DNA of 64,000 nucleotides, from the NCBI GenBank assembly GCA_965644315.1, contig CBFFRQ010000013.1:310001-374000 (forward strand). The letters are read 5' to 3'. Made by a program: the position numbers and the translations under genes. This document shows, one piece after another, positions 52,401 to 64,000 of this stretch. The notes beneath the pieces are model-generated. The model was not told the DNA's origin, searched no databases, and saw only the letters and a list, made by a program, of their open reading frames with translations. Source of the DNA: Caecitellus pseudoparvulus (Eukaryota; Protista; Bigyra: Bicosoecida). Position 1 is the first letter of the stretch; the number at the start of each line of letters is the position of its first letter.

Positions 52401-55400
52401 ACCCACGCGTGGAACGAGTAAAGTGCGCTTTTCGTCACCGGGGACAGGTGGTGCTGACTCCACACCCCCACCCAGTGCGGGTGCGGGTGGCATGAGCTTG
52501 GACGCTGCTGCGCTGGTGCTGGGTCACATCCTGCCGGCGCTGCCAAGACACCTGCACAGCCTGCTGCCTGCCTTGGGCGTGCTGCTGCCGCCTGCAGCTG
52601 CAGCCTCCGCCGTCTCTACTGTGTTGGGGGCAGTGCACGAGGCAGGGCTGGGGGGGAGGGCCTCCACATCGGAGTCTGGCTCCGCTGTGGAGGCCGTGTC
52701 AGCAGGCGAGTGGGCCCAGTGCGCCGCCCCACGCGCCAGCAGCAGCGCCAGCCAGCAGGCAGCAGAGGGCGTGGAGAGGGCGGGGCAAGGCGAGACTGGG
52801 CCGCTGCTGGCGGTGTGTGTCCCGGCTGTGGCGGAAGTGTGGCATGTGTTGGCGGAGGTGATGGGGGGGGGCGAGGGGGGGGGCACCGCCCCTCCACCCC
52901 CCCCTCCTGCCATGGACCCCGTGTGGGCGGAGGCAGCCGTGGGCAGTGCCTTTCACCGGGTGGACCTGCTCATGGGGGGTGTGCGATTCGAGGTCGCGCA
53001 GGGCGTCCCCGCCCTGCACTCCCTCGTCCACGGCACTGCCGCCGATGCCGCGGAGGCTGAGCTGGGGGAGGGGGCGGGGTCCGACACGCCCCTGGCGGCA
53101 GCTGCCGTCGCCAGTGGTTCGTTCATGGCGGATTTGGGCGTGGTGTTGGCGCCGCAGGTGGCAGTGGGGGTGTGGGCGGGGGCGTGGGTGGCGGGGCCGG
53201 GGGGGGACCCCGCCGCCGTCCGGACCACCGGCTGCGAGGTCCTGGAGCCCCCCCCTGACACCCCTGGTGCTGGTAGGGGGGGGGGGCGCAAGGCCCCTCG
53301 TCGCACTCTGCGTGTGCAAGTGGGGGGGGGTGAGGGGGCATCGACCCCCCCCCTGACCCCCCTCCTCCCCCCCTGGCTGCGCCTGGCCTCCTCTGTACTG
53401 CACACAGCGGGGGACATGGGGCGTGGCGGCGGCAGGCGCAGGAGGGGGGCGGGTCGACCCCCCCCCCACCTCGTCCACCTCCACCTCGCAGCCGCCCTGG
53501 GCATCGCCACTCTGCAAGCTCTCGCTGTCGCCGTGCCCCGCCACTCCCCCCTCACACCTGCCTTGGCATACCTGGCGCACGGCGTGCTCACCCTGCTGCA
53601 GCCAGCTCCAGGGGCGCCGGGAGGGGGGTCAGGGGGGCCCTCACGCCGCGCCCGGCAGGGGCTGGCCCTGTCCCAGGACCTGGCCCCAGGCGTGGCGGAA
53701 CGCCTGACGGGGGCGTGTTTGGAACACGCACTGGTGTTCTTGGAGGCTGGCCACGTTCTGAACAGCATTGTGGCGGCGGCTGGCGGGGGGGGGCGGCGGC
53801 GGGGCAGCACCCCCCCCGCCCAGGCCTTGTCAGCGGCTTGGCGGGCATGGGCGGGGGACACCCCCCCCACACCCCTGGCGTGGTACCCCCCTGTGGCTTG
53901 GCTGCACGGTGTACGGGCCGGGGGGCGGGGGGCGGGGGGAGCTCAGGACCTATATGCGCGTGCCGCTGCGGGGGCAGCGGGGGTGCTGCTGCAGCTGGCG
54001 GAGGGGGGGGTGGACGCCCTCACGGCACACCGCACTGCGGCGTACTTGGCTGTGGCTGAGGGGGGTGAGGGGGGGGTGCCACCCCCCCTGGTGCCGCCCC
54101 TCCCACGAGGGGGGTGGGACCCCCCCTCCATTGCCGGCACACTGCTGGCCCTGGCCACTCGGGGGGGGGGTGACACCGCCGCCCCACCCCCCCTCCCATC
54201 CCACGGAGTCGATGTCCTCACTGCCATGCGCGCCGCAGTGGGCGCCCTGCGTGGGGGGGGGGTCCCACCTGGTCCGGCGGGGGGCCTCGCCGCCTGGGTG
54301 TCCGCCTGGCGTACCCGATGGGCGGGGCTACTGCGTCTCGTCAGCGTCGCGCAGCGGGTGCTGTATGACCCGCCGTCGCCGGGGTCCACCCTGTCCACGG
54401 CCTCCCCCGCCCTCATCCGCTCCTGCATCCTGCCCGCCCTGTCCACGGCGCTGGACTCCGCCTTGCGGAGTTTCGTGGCCACCCTGTCTGACGCCGCCGA
54501 CGCAGCGACGGGGGGGCGTGGCGCCACCCTGCGACCTCGCGCCGGGTCGGACGCTGCGACCCGCTGCCCCGTCGCTGCCCAGTTGGTGGTGGCACTGCTG
54601 GGGGCGGGCACGGAGTGTGTTCTGGACCTGTTCCGCGTCGGCGCTGCTGCGTTGCAGGGCACCCCCGCAGGCGGCCCGCTGTGGCCCACCCTGCTCCCCA
54701 TAGGGGGCGGCGCCACGGAACACTGGTGGCTGGCCTCTGCTGTTCGGGGTGTGCTGGCGCTGGGGCGTGCGGAATCTGACATCACCAGTCGCCTGGGCGA
54801 GTCCAGCGCCACCATGTCCGCTCCGGGGGTGACCCGCACGCTGCTGGGGGTGGTCCTGCGGTGGGTGGTGGCGGGGTTGGGCCCCCTGGCGCCCACCCTG
54901 GCGGTGGCTGACGCGTTGGAGGCTGGTGCGCACGCCCCCCCCCCCGTGTCCGCTGTGTGGGGGGATGCCTGGCCCGTGGCTTCTGCCCTGACCCTGCTGG
55001 CATACGTGACGGTGGCGCTGGGGGGGCGGGATGCGGGGGAGGGGGTGAAGGGGGGGTGGACGCCTCCTCCCGCTCAGGCAGCGTTACGCGTGAAACGCTC
55101 GCCGGCGTGTACGACGCTGTGCTGATCCTGCGCACGCAGCTGTCGGCGTGGCCGCCCAGCGGGGGGGGTGCCGGGGGGGGGTCCGCCCCCCCCTCCGCCT
55201 CCGGCCCGCCCTTACCTTCCTCTGCGTCCCTGTCCCCCGCAGCAGCTGCCCGGCAATTGCTCGAGCTGGCCAGTGTCGTGGATGCAGGGGCGGGCGTCGC
55301 CTTCTGCGACCTGCTGCTGCGACTGCAGGGCGGCCCCGGCCTCGTGTACCGTGAGCGGGAGGAGGGGGGTGAGGGGGGGGTCCTGCAAGAAACGCTCTTG

Positions 55401-58400
55401 GTGTGGGAGGGGGGCCCCGCGGATGGCACCTGCCTCGCCCACACCCACGCAGCCAAGGCCCACTTGCTGCTGAGTCTGTGGCGGCAGCGGCGGGCGCCGC
55501 ACTGCTTCGGGCTGCCGCCGGAGGGGGGGGGTGGGCGCGGCCCGGGGGGGGTGTAGGGGGGTGGATGAGCCCCCCCTCCCCCCCTCGCTCCCTTGGCCCC
55601 CCACGCCCTGGCCGAGCTGTGTGAGCTGGGGCCGCAGGCAGCCTCTGCTGCGTTTTACGCACCTGTGGACACGGCGGGGGTGGTGCAGGCAGCCCCCCCC
55701 TCCGCGGAACCCCGGGGGGGGGGCTGGGGGTGGCATGCCGCGGGGGGGGTGTGTGGCGAGGCGGCTGTGGGGGCCATGGGGCACGCCCTGGCCTGCCTGC
55801 AGCAGAGCGTGCTGGAGAGCGTGGCGGCGTGCGAGGCGCAGGGCATGGGAGCACATGCTGCGCAATTGCTCAAGGCGCTCTCTGCCGTCATGCGGGAGGC
55901 TGGCAGCCGCCTCATCGCAGAAGCGGAGGCGGAGGGGGGGGGTGACGAGGGGGCCTCCACCACCACGCGCGACCCCGAGTCGGGCCTCACCCCCGCGGAG
56001 CTCGCCGCAGCCAGCGCCCTGGAGCAGCAGTTGCAGCACCTGGACCAGGTACGGGGCGAGGTGGGCGAGTCACTGCAACGCAGCAGCCTGGAGCCGGTGT
56101 TCTACGGGGCGCTGTTCCAAGGCAAGCGCTTCCCGCCCGGGGAGGCCGGTCGCTGGTTCGTGTACCGCCTGTCGCCGCTGGACACCGGCGCAGCACTTGC
56201 TCGGCAATTGTCCCAGACCTACCCCGCCGCCGTCATCGTGCCCCCCCACACCAGCATCGCGGTGGGGGTGCCGGGTGAGGACGGCGGTGGGGGAGGGGGG
56301 TCGGCACCCCCCCCCTCCACCCCCATCACCATGGGCACCACTCGTGTCTCCACAGACCTCGGCATGTGGCAGCGTGCCTTTGGCGGGTATGCCGCGGACC
56401 CGCCCCCCCCCGGTGACTTGGAGGGGGGGGCCACCGGCCTGGAGGGGAAGGAGGGGGTGCAACCCCCCCCCCCTCAGCCCCTCGTGTGGCTGGGCACGGG
56501 GGCGCAGGGGGCCCCCGGCGCAGCGGGCGTCCTCAGGCGGGGAGCCTCACTGCACGTCCTGCGGGGGGGTGCAGGGGGGGACGCCGCCCCCTCCGCCTCC
56601 CCCTACACGGACAGCCTGCCCGGCCCCGACTGTGACGTCAGCCACATCTACCTCCTCCCGCTACAGCCAGTGGAGGGGGAGCAAGCATTTGCCGGGCATG
56701 TGCTCCGCCACGCCACCCTCACCCTCCCCTGCCGGTCGGAGCCGGGCGAGGGGGGTGCCACCCCTGCACCCCCCGTCGGGCCCCCCCCCGGCGTGTCCGC
56801 CCACAAACGGCGCAAGAGCGGCTGGCGCAGTCTGAGCGACGAGGGGGCCCTGGGCGGCGGCGCCACCCCCCCCACCACCTCCCCAACCCTGATCCTGGAC
56901 GCCGCCACGCAGGCGATGCAAGTGCACTGCACCACCTCCACCCTCGCCGGCCCAAGTGCAGTGCACTTGCCCCTGCTCTCCACGGGCAAGTACACGTACA
57001 AGCATGAGGCTCCAGACAGGCAGGGGGTGGATGACGTGCTGCTGGACCCGGGGGCGGCATCCACCGTGCGCCTGGTGCTTCGCGTAAGCCCCCCCCCCGC
57101 ACCCGGCCCGCAGCCCCCCCAACTCGCCGGCGGTTTCTGGCCTGTGGATGTCGCGTTGACTCTGGGGCGGGCGGGGGCTTCCATGTGTGCGGCTGCGCGT
57201 GGCGCGGCGGTGGGTCCGGGGGCGGTGTCCCCCCCCCCTCCCCTGCCCCTGCCCTGGCTCACGCGGCGAGCTGCGGCAGTGCACGTGTCCCTGACGCCCA
57301 TGCCCCTCGTGGCCGCCTGCCTAGAGAGGGGTGGGTGGGTGAATGACTTCCTGGTGGGGCGTCTGCGGTGGCTGTTCACGGCCAATGTCCTGGCAGACGG
57401 GGGGGCGGAGGAGGACGGCGCGGGGGGGGGGGCGGACCCCCCCCCTCCCTGCACCGCCACCCTGCCGGATGCATACGCGGCCTTGGTGGATGCGGTGCCG
57501 GGGTACGCGGGGGAAGGCGGAGTGGATGCGGGGGTGCTGGGGGCGGGGTCCGCCCCCGCCCGGCGTCGGGGGGACGCCGCATGCGACCCCGCATCGGAAG
57601 CCGCCCGTGCGGCGCTGGGGGGACCCGTGGGGGAGAGCGGGGGCACCGGCCCCACAGTCGTCCTGACGTCCCACATGGAGCTGGCCACCCCCCTGTACCT
57701 GGATGGGGGGGGGGGTGACCACCCCCTCACCCGCCAGCGGGCACAGGCTCTGCCAGGGCAAGCCACCCCCCTGGCACCCCTGCGCTCGACACCCGCCCCG
57801 CGGCACCTGCGCAGCACATCCTGGGCCCACCCCCAGCAGGACATGGGCCCATTGGGCGGCGGTGATGGGCCCATGGGCCACCTCCTGCGCCTGGCCCCCG
57901 ACTCCGCCGCCCCCGACGCGCCGCCCCCTGACGCCCCCCACCTCCATGCCCGTACCATGGAGCGCTGGGCTGCTGGGCGCAGGGCACTGGGGTTCACCAC
58001 CCCCAAGGTGGGGGGCGGGGAGGGGGGGGCGACGTCCCCCCCCCACGCCCCTTGGCGGGCGTCCCCTGCGCCGACGCCGCGGGGTGGGGGGGCTGCGGCG
58101 GGAGGTGGGCCCACCCCCTCCGCGCCTGCCACCCCCTCCCGCCGCAGTGTCACGCTGGACGGGGCGGGGGCCCTGGGCCCACGTTCCCGCAGCAGTCGAG
58201 CCCTGCTGGAAACGGATGGGCCCACCTCCCCCGCATCCACCGGCTCCTCCAGCATGCTGCTGCAACGCACACTGTCAGCGCCACGGGCTGTAGGGGGGGG
58301 TACGCCGGCAGCCACGAGGGGGGGTCGACCCCCCCCTGCACCCCCCTCCCTGCGCCGCCTCCTCCCCGCCCGGGCCGCATCCGCCCTGCAGCGGGTGCAA

Positions 58401-59297
58401 GACGCCTTCGCTGGGAGCGGGGCAGACCCCTACGCATCCGCCACCGGCGGCCTCATCCGGGGGGCGGCGGGGGGCGGCATCCTGCCGGGGGACACGGAGC
58501 CCCTGCGGCTGCCAGAGCTGACCCTCTCCTCCCTGGGGCTGCATGAGGGGGCGGAGGGGACACGGGCGCTCACTGCGGCGCTGGTGTCCGGGGACCAGGG
58601 CGCCCCCCCTCCCGACGGCATCGTCAGCATTGACCTGCCCGGCCTGCCCACCCCTCCCCCGGAGGAGGGCGCCCCGGACACCGCCGCCGCCGGACCCGGT
58701 GCCCTGGCCCAGGCCCTGGACCGCAGGGGGCTGGGCGGCACCCTGGTGTCCGTGCCAGTGGCTGCGGGCCTGCTGGCGGGGGCCTTGTACGAGGTGGCGG
58801 CGCTGTCCGCGGGGGGCACCAGCGGACCCCGCTCCGCCCAGGCCCTGCTCACGGACTACCATGCCCTGAAGCAGAAGCACGCTGCGACGGTGAAGACGGC
58901 CCTGCGGCGGGCATGGAACCGGCGGCTGAAGGCGGCTATGGATGCGGGGGAGGTGGGCTCGGACGACGAGGTGCCGGCGCCCGACTTCGAATCGCACCCG
59001 GACATGGCGGGTGCGGCGCATTGGGCGTGGCCCGCCATGCGCCTGCAACGCACCCTGCGCCTCACACTGGCTCTGGTGCAGGAGCTGTGCCTGGCACATG
59101 ACAGGGTGTCGGCGCTGCAGGGGTGGGGGCAGGTGCTGCCGGCGGAGGGGGGGGGTGCGGGGGGGGGCCCCGCCCCCTCCCTCCTCCTCTCCCGCGGACC
59201 CCGGTGTCTGGCTGTGGAGGAGGCCCTGCGGGGGGTGTACGAGGGGTGGGCGGCGGCGGGGGGGGGCAGTGCCCTGCCTCCGCCCCACCCGGCCTGA
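49477..59297 (+). CDS. Highly diverged DOCK-family (DHR-1/DHR-2) Rho GEF-like gene, frame-broken at G/C homopolymers near 55020-55590
   Basis: AFAFLRLLRPAGEAADGTWALPLW is C2-DOCK-like. VFYGALFQGKRFP...FVYR, LPWLTRR...LTPMP and SGPRSAQALL are DHR-2-like. Three ORFs (49477-55125, 54957-55556, 55593-59297) abut at G/C runs. Confidence 0.55.
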
Positions 59298-59312
59298 AGC
59301 GCCGGAAGTATG

Positions 59313-59320
59313 AATGCATT
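59313..59320. terminator. Palindromic AATGCATT, candidate bidirectional polyadenylation signal
   Basis: Lies in the 62-nt gap between convergent stops at 59297 (+) and 59360 (-). Confidence 0.55.
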
Positions 59321-59359
59321 GCGAGCATAGCACAAGGGGGGGGGGGGGTGGCACCCCCC

Positions 59360-61321
59360 TCACAAGGGCAGCTCGAACTTGACGTCCACCGCCACCTCCT
59401 CCGCCTGCTGCACGATGTTGGCCATCTTGACAGCCTTGGCGGCGGCATCATCCAGGTCGTCCGTCAAGATGACCTTGAAGCCGCTGGTGTTGATGAGTTT
59501 CTTGGCTTCCTTCACGTTGGTGCCCATGAGGCGCAGCACAATGGGCTTGGTCATGTGCAGGTTCTTGGCCGCGTTCAGGATGCCCTGCGCGATGACGTCA
59601 CACCGCATGATGCCGCCGAAGATGTTCACCAGGATGGCCTTCACTTTGGTGTCGTCTGCGGGGGGGCAGTGCAGTGCAGTGCAGTGCTGAGTGAGGGTGT
59701 GTTCGGCAGTCGCAGGGCATGGCCACGCACCGTTGAGGATGCCGAAGGCCTTCTCCACCTGCGCCTCGGACGCGCCGCCGCCGACGTCCAGGAAGTTGGC
59801 GGGCTCCCCGCCGTGCAGCTTGATGAGGTCCATGGTGGACATGGCCAGCCCTGCGCCGTTCACCATGCAGCCGATGTCGCCGTCCAGCCCGATGTAGTTC
59901 AGGTCCGCCTTGGACGCCGCCACCTCCCGGGGGTCCTCCTGCGTCGTGTCTCGCAGGCTGAAGATGTCGCCCTGGCGGAAGGCGGCGTTGTCGTCGAAGT
60001 TCACCTTGGCGTCCGCCACGAACACCTGCGCCTCGGGCGTTTCGCACAGCGGGTTCACCTCCAACAGCGTCGCGTCTGTGGCCTTGAACATGCGGTACAG
60101 GTTAGCGACGGCCTCCTTGGCAGCGGGCTGTGCCTCCTCGCTGAAGCCCAGGAATGCCGCGATGTCTGCGAGCTGCTCGGGGGTGGGGCCCTTCTCAATG
60201 TCCACAGGCGTGGTGGAGATGGCTTCTGGCGTTGCCTCCGCCACGTCCTCAATGGAAGTGCCGCCCTGTGCAGAGGCGACGATAACGGGGCCACCCGACG
60301 CACGGTCCATGAGGATGGACAGGTACATCTCCTTGCGCATGTACACGCGCTCCATGAGCAGCACCTTCTCGCAAGGGAGGCCCTCCGCGCCGGCTGCGGA
60401 AGTTGAAGTGCGGGAGAACGGTGAGCGAGCCGCTTCCAACAGTGACTCGCGAAACGCAGGGCAGCCCCAGCGCCCCCGCGCGCACGCACTTTGCTTGGTC
60501 ACCAACTTCTGCCCCAGCATCTTGCTCGCCAAGTCCTTGGCTTGGCCAGGCCTGCGCAGGGGGCGGCGGGCGCGCACGACACGTCAGTGGCGCCGCACCT
60601 GGCCACACCAACACACTGGCCGAGCACGCACCGAGTCACCACGTGCACACCGCCCTGGAAGCCGTTCTTGAACGTGCCCAGTCCACGGCCTCCCGCCAGG
60701 ACCTGGGCCTTGATCACGACGTCGGCGTGGCCTGCGCAGGGGAGCGGGCGGGTAGGGGTGCAGTGCGGAATCTGGCGGAAAGCAAGCGCAGCCCCTGCAA
60801 TGTGGCCCAGCTGCTGCGCTTGGAACGCAAGCGGCCGCCAAGCAGCCCCAGCGATGGACTTGGCCACCAGGGCTGCTGCTCAGCAGCTGCCAGGAGGCGC
60901 AGCTGCTGAGCACACTGCCAGCGGCGCAGCACAAGGGAAGGCGCTGCTGCAGTGCACCAGGCAGGGAAGGTGCTGACAGCGCAGCGGCGGCACTCACGTC
61001 CACCCTTGCTGGCATCCTTGGCGATGCTGGTGTACATCTCCTCTGCCTCCTCTGCAGACTTGGCCGTCTTGCCCAGGGGCACGGGCACGTCGTACTGCCG
61101 CATGATCTCCTGCCCAATGTGCTCGTGCACATTCAAAAACCGCACGGGAGTCTGCACGTGCAACCGGCGTGCCGAGTGCGAGCCTGGCAGCAGCGGCGGG
61201 CGGAAGCGCAACACCAGCGCGTGCAAACTCGCACCTGTGTCATCCCTGCGCCGACTGCGGCGACAGCTGCTCGGCCTGAGCGCGCTGCGCCGACAGTCGC
61301 CTGGGCTGCCTTGGCCAACAT
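59360..61321 (-). CDS. Succinyl-CoA ligase beta subunit, mitochondrial
   Basis: Presequence [17 protein letters not shown], then [35 protein letters not shown] and [10 protein letters not shown]. About five introns. Confidence 0.96.
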
Positions 61322-61655
61322 AGTGCTGCTTTCCGGCACGAGTCTGTGCGATGCAACGGCCTGGGCCGACGGAGAGCGGGAGCTGGGCGGCGTCCGAAAG
61401 CAGGGCGGCGGTGGGCAAGTGTGGGGATTGTGGCACGGGTGTGCGACTGTGCGGCTTGCGGCCGGTCCTGTGTCGGGCTCGAAATTCCGCAGGCCAGCCT
61501 CCAATCGTGGAAGGGGGGGGGCTGCAGCGCCCCGCGACGCAGTGGCCTACCCGCAAACCACACACTCCACACACCCCTCCAATCACCCGGCTGTCGGCAC
61601 TGTGCAGGTCAGCGGCTGGGAGCCAGCTGTGCAGCGCCGGGACTCACAAGCAGGC

Positions 61656-64000
61656 ATGGCAGACGCCGGCAAGGCGCCGCGCAAGGGTGGCTGGGTGCCG
61701 GGGCAGAAGAAGAAGAAACGCCCAGCGTACTATGGCCCGCGCACCTCCACTGGGAAGCGGGAAGTCATCGAAGTGAAGCAGTTGACAGCGCGTGTGCAAG
61801 CGGAGGCGCCACCGCTGGGCTCTCAGGAAGGCACAGCTGCGGAATTTGCCGAGCTGCCCATCTCACGCTACACTCAGACAGGTGCGTGGGCCGCAGCATG
61901 CTGTGTGGCTGGGCCCGGTTACGTGCTGGAGGGTGCGGCGAAGCCCATGAACGTGAGGTCACTGGTCTGGCTGCGCTTCTCGCAGGCCTCTTCCAATGCG
62001 GCTTCAAGCGCCTGACTGAGATCCAGAAGGTCGCCATTCCGCACGCTTTGGCTGGGTGAGTGTTCCTCCCCTCCTCCTGCTGCGCCGCTTGCCCTGGCCT
62101 GTGCTCGCCATCGGCACTGCCACTCATCACCCCACCCTCCTTTACAGTCGGGATGTCATGGGCGCTGCCAAGACGGGCTCCGGAAAGACGCTGGGTGCGT
62201 GAGGCGGTGTGGATTGGGGGTGCCCGCGTTTCACCGGCGTTTCACATCCGCCCCTCCCCCCTGCAGCCTTCGTTGTGCCGGTGCTGGAGGCGCTGTACCG
62301 GGCACAGTGGTCGAACGAAGACGGCCTGGGCGCCCTCATCATCTCCCCCACCCGTGAGTTGGCCATGCAGATCATGGACGTCCTACGCACAGTGGGCAGC
62401 AAGCACTACTCCCTGTCGGCTGGCCTGGTGGTGGGCGGGCACGACTTCGCGACGGAGGCCGCCACCATCGCCCAGATGAACGTGCTGGTGGCCACGCCGG
62501 GCCGCCTCCTGCAGCACCTGGAGCAGACGGTGGCCTTCGACCCCTCCAACCTGCAAGTGCTGGTGCTGGACGAGGCGGACCGGTGCCTGGACATGGGGTT
62601 CGCGGACACCATGCGGGGCATCCTGGACACACTGCCCAAGCACCCCCAGCGCCAGACGCTGCTGTTCAGCGCCACGCAGACCAAGTCCATCAAGGCCCTC
62701 GCGGGGCTGTCGCTGGCCGACCCGCAGTACGTCGCCGTGCACGCAGCCAGTGACACAGTGACGCCCAAGCAGCTGCTGCAGACGTACGTCGTGCTGCCCC
62801 TGGAAGACAAGCTGAACCTGCTCTACTCCTTCCTGCGCACACACACCAAGAACAAGTCCATCGTCTTCTTGTCCTCCTGCAAGCAGACGCGTTTCGTGTT
62901 TGAGGTGTTTCGTCGCATGCGACCCGGCGTGCCGCTCCTGCACCTGCACGGCAAGATGAAGCAGGCGCGCCGCATGCACATCTACTACGATTTCCTCAAG
63001 AAACCCGCCGCGGCGCTCTTCGCCACGGACATCGCCGCGCGTGGGTTGGATTTCCCCGCCGTGGACTGGGTGGTGCAGGCGGACTGCCCCGAGGATGTGC
63101 AGGCGTACATCCACCGCGTGGGGCGCACGGCACGCTTCAAGGCCCGCGGCAACGCCCTGCTGGCGCTGACACCACGGGAGGCGGAGGGCATGCTGCCTGC
63201 CCTGCAAGAGGCCAAGATCCCCCTGAAGCAGATCACGGTGAACCCCGACCAGGCCCTGGCCGCGACGCCCAAGGTCGCAGCGGAGGTCGCAGCGGACCCC
63301 GAGTTGAAGTACGTCGCCCAGCGCGCCTTCGTCTCCTACGTCCGCAGTGTGCTGCTGCAGGGCAACAAGGCCGTCTTCGACGTCAACGCACTGGACCTGC
63401 CCGCTCTCGCCACCTCCTTGGGTCTGCCCCAGCCGCCTCGAGTCAAGGGCCTCAAATCCGCCGCCGCATCCGCTGCAGCCAAGGCCGCCAAGAACGCCCC
63501 CCGCGCCCTGGCCAAGCTCCGCGCCAAGATCGCAGCAGCCAAGGCGGCAGGCAAGGGAGGTGGGGCGGAGGAAGACGACTCCTCGGACAGCGAGGGTGCG
63601 GAGGGTGGGCCCAGGGCCCCGCCCCGGCGCCGCAGGGTGGGCTCACCCACCCACCCTCAGCGGGAAGTGCCCCACAAGCTGGCGGCTCGCATGGCCCTGG
63701 CTGGCGGCCTGGCGGGCGACAGTGACAGCGAGGGGGGGGGAGGTGAGGAGGAGGAGGATGACTTGTTGGTGCCCAAGGCGAGTCGAGGGGGGGGGTCGCG
63801 CGCCGGCGAGGGGGGGTCCGGGCACCTCCGCGAGGCAGACCTGGCCGACCCCCGCGCCCTGGCGGACCTGCACCCATTTGAGGCTGCGCGCATCCGGCGT
63901 ATTACGCAGGCCACCCTCGGCCTGGCGGAGGAGCTGCAGCACGCCGCCTCCGGATCCAAAGCCTTCCAGCGCCTGGCCACGGAGCGGCGGGGAGCCGTCA
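61656..64000 (+). CDS. DDX10: DEAD-box RNA helicase DDX10/Dbp4 (3'-partial)
   Basis: AKTGSGKT, SPTRELA, TPGRLLQH, DEADRCLDMGF, SATQTKS and HRVGRTARF. Three 5' introns; the ORF runs off the window end. Confidence 0.92.

Noticed and set aside
55554-55568. Stop-codon readthrough or alternative genetic code
   Set aside because: TAA, TAG and TGA all terminate conserved genes elsewhere in the window, and these two stops sit between error-prone homopolymers.
30741-59297. Signalling 'cluster' (kinase, bHLH-PAS, G-beta, APT1, DOCK)
   Set aside because: The genes are interspersed with unrelated housekeeping genes on both strands, with no evidence of co-regulation.

Overview
Gene-dense, very GC-rich nuclear DNA of a eukaryote, most likely a flagellated stramenopile. 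The taxon is inferred from a Sig1/Ocm-type mastigoneme protein, a stramenopile-like beta-tubulin and a diatom-type bHLH-PAS gene. About 31 protein-coding genes are present; most carry short GT-AG introns (donors mostly GTGCG/GTGAG) clustered near their 5' ends. In order: 3' end of a RecX-like gene, stand-alone MHYT sensor, secreted tandem C39-like peptidase, mastigoneme protein, F-box/LRR, WDR75, two hypotheticals, beta-tubulin, RPL18, LSM4, M17 aminopeptidase, KA1/ARM-like, hypothetical, glutathione reductase, TM-anchored CobW/ZNG1, small mitochondrial-type protein, membrane protein, CWF19L1, cNMP-dependent kinase, coiled-coil protein, RPL37, hypothetical, bHLH-PAS, G-beta, RPIA, DPCD, APT1, giant DOCK-like gene, succinyl-CoA ligase beta and partial DDX10. 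The strongest unexplained signal is the hexamer AATGCA on the sense strand shortly after the stop codon of about 20 genes. In three tight convergent pairs it appears as the palindrome AATGCATT, making it a candidate non-canonical, bidirectionally shared polyadenylation signal. Other signals are an exact 18-bp motif upstream of both ribosomal-protein genes, a candidate H/ACA snoRNA in the RPL18 intron, and a G/C-homopolymer-saturated DOCK-like gene. CDS coordinates are start-to-stop spans including introns; all splice models and homologies were read by eye.
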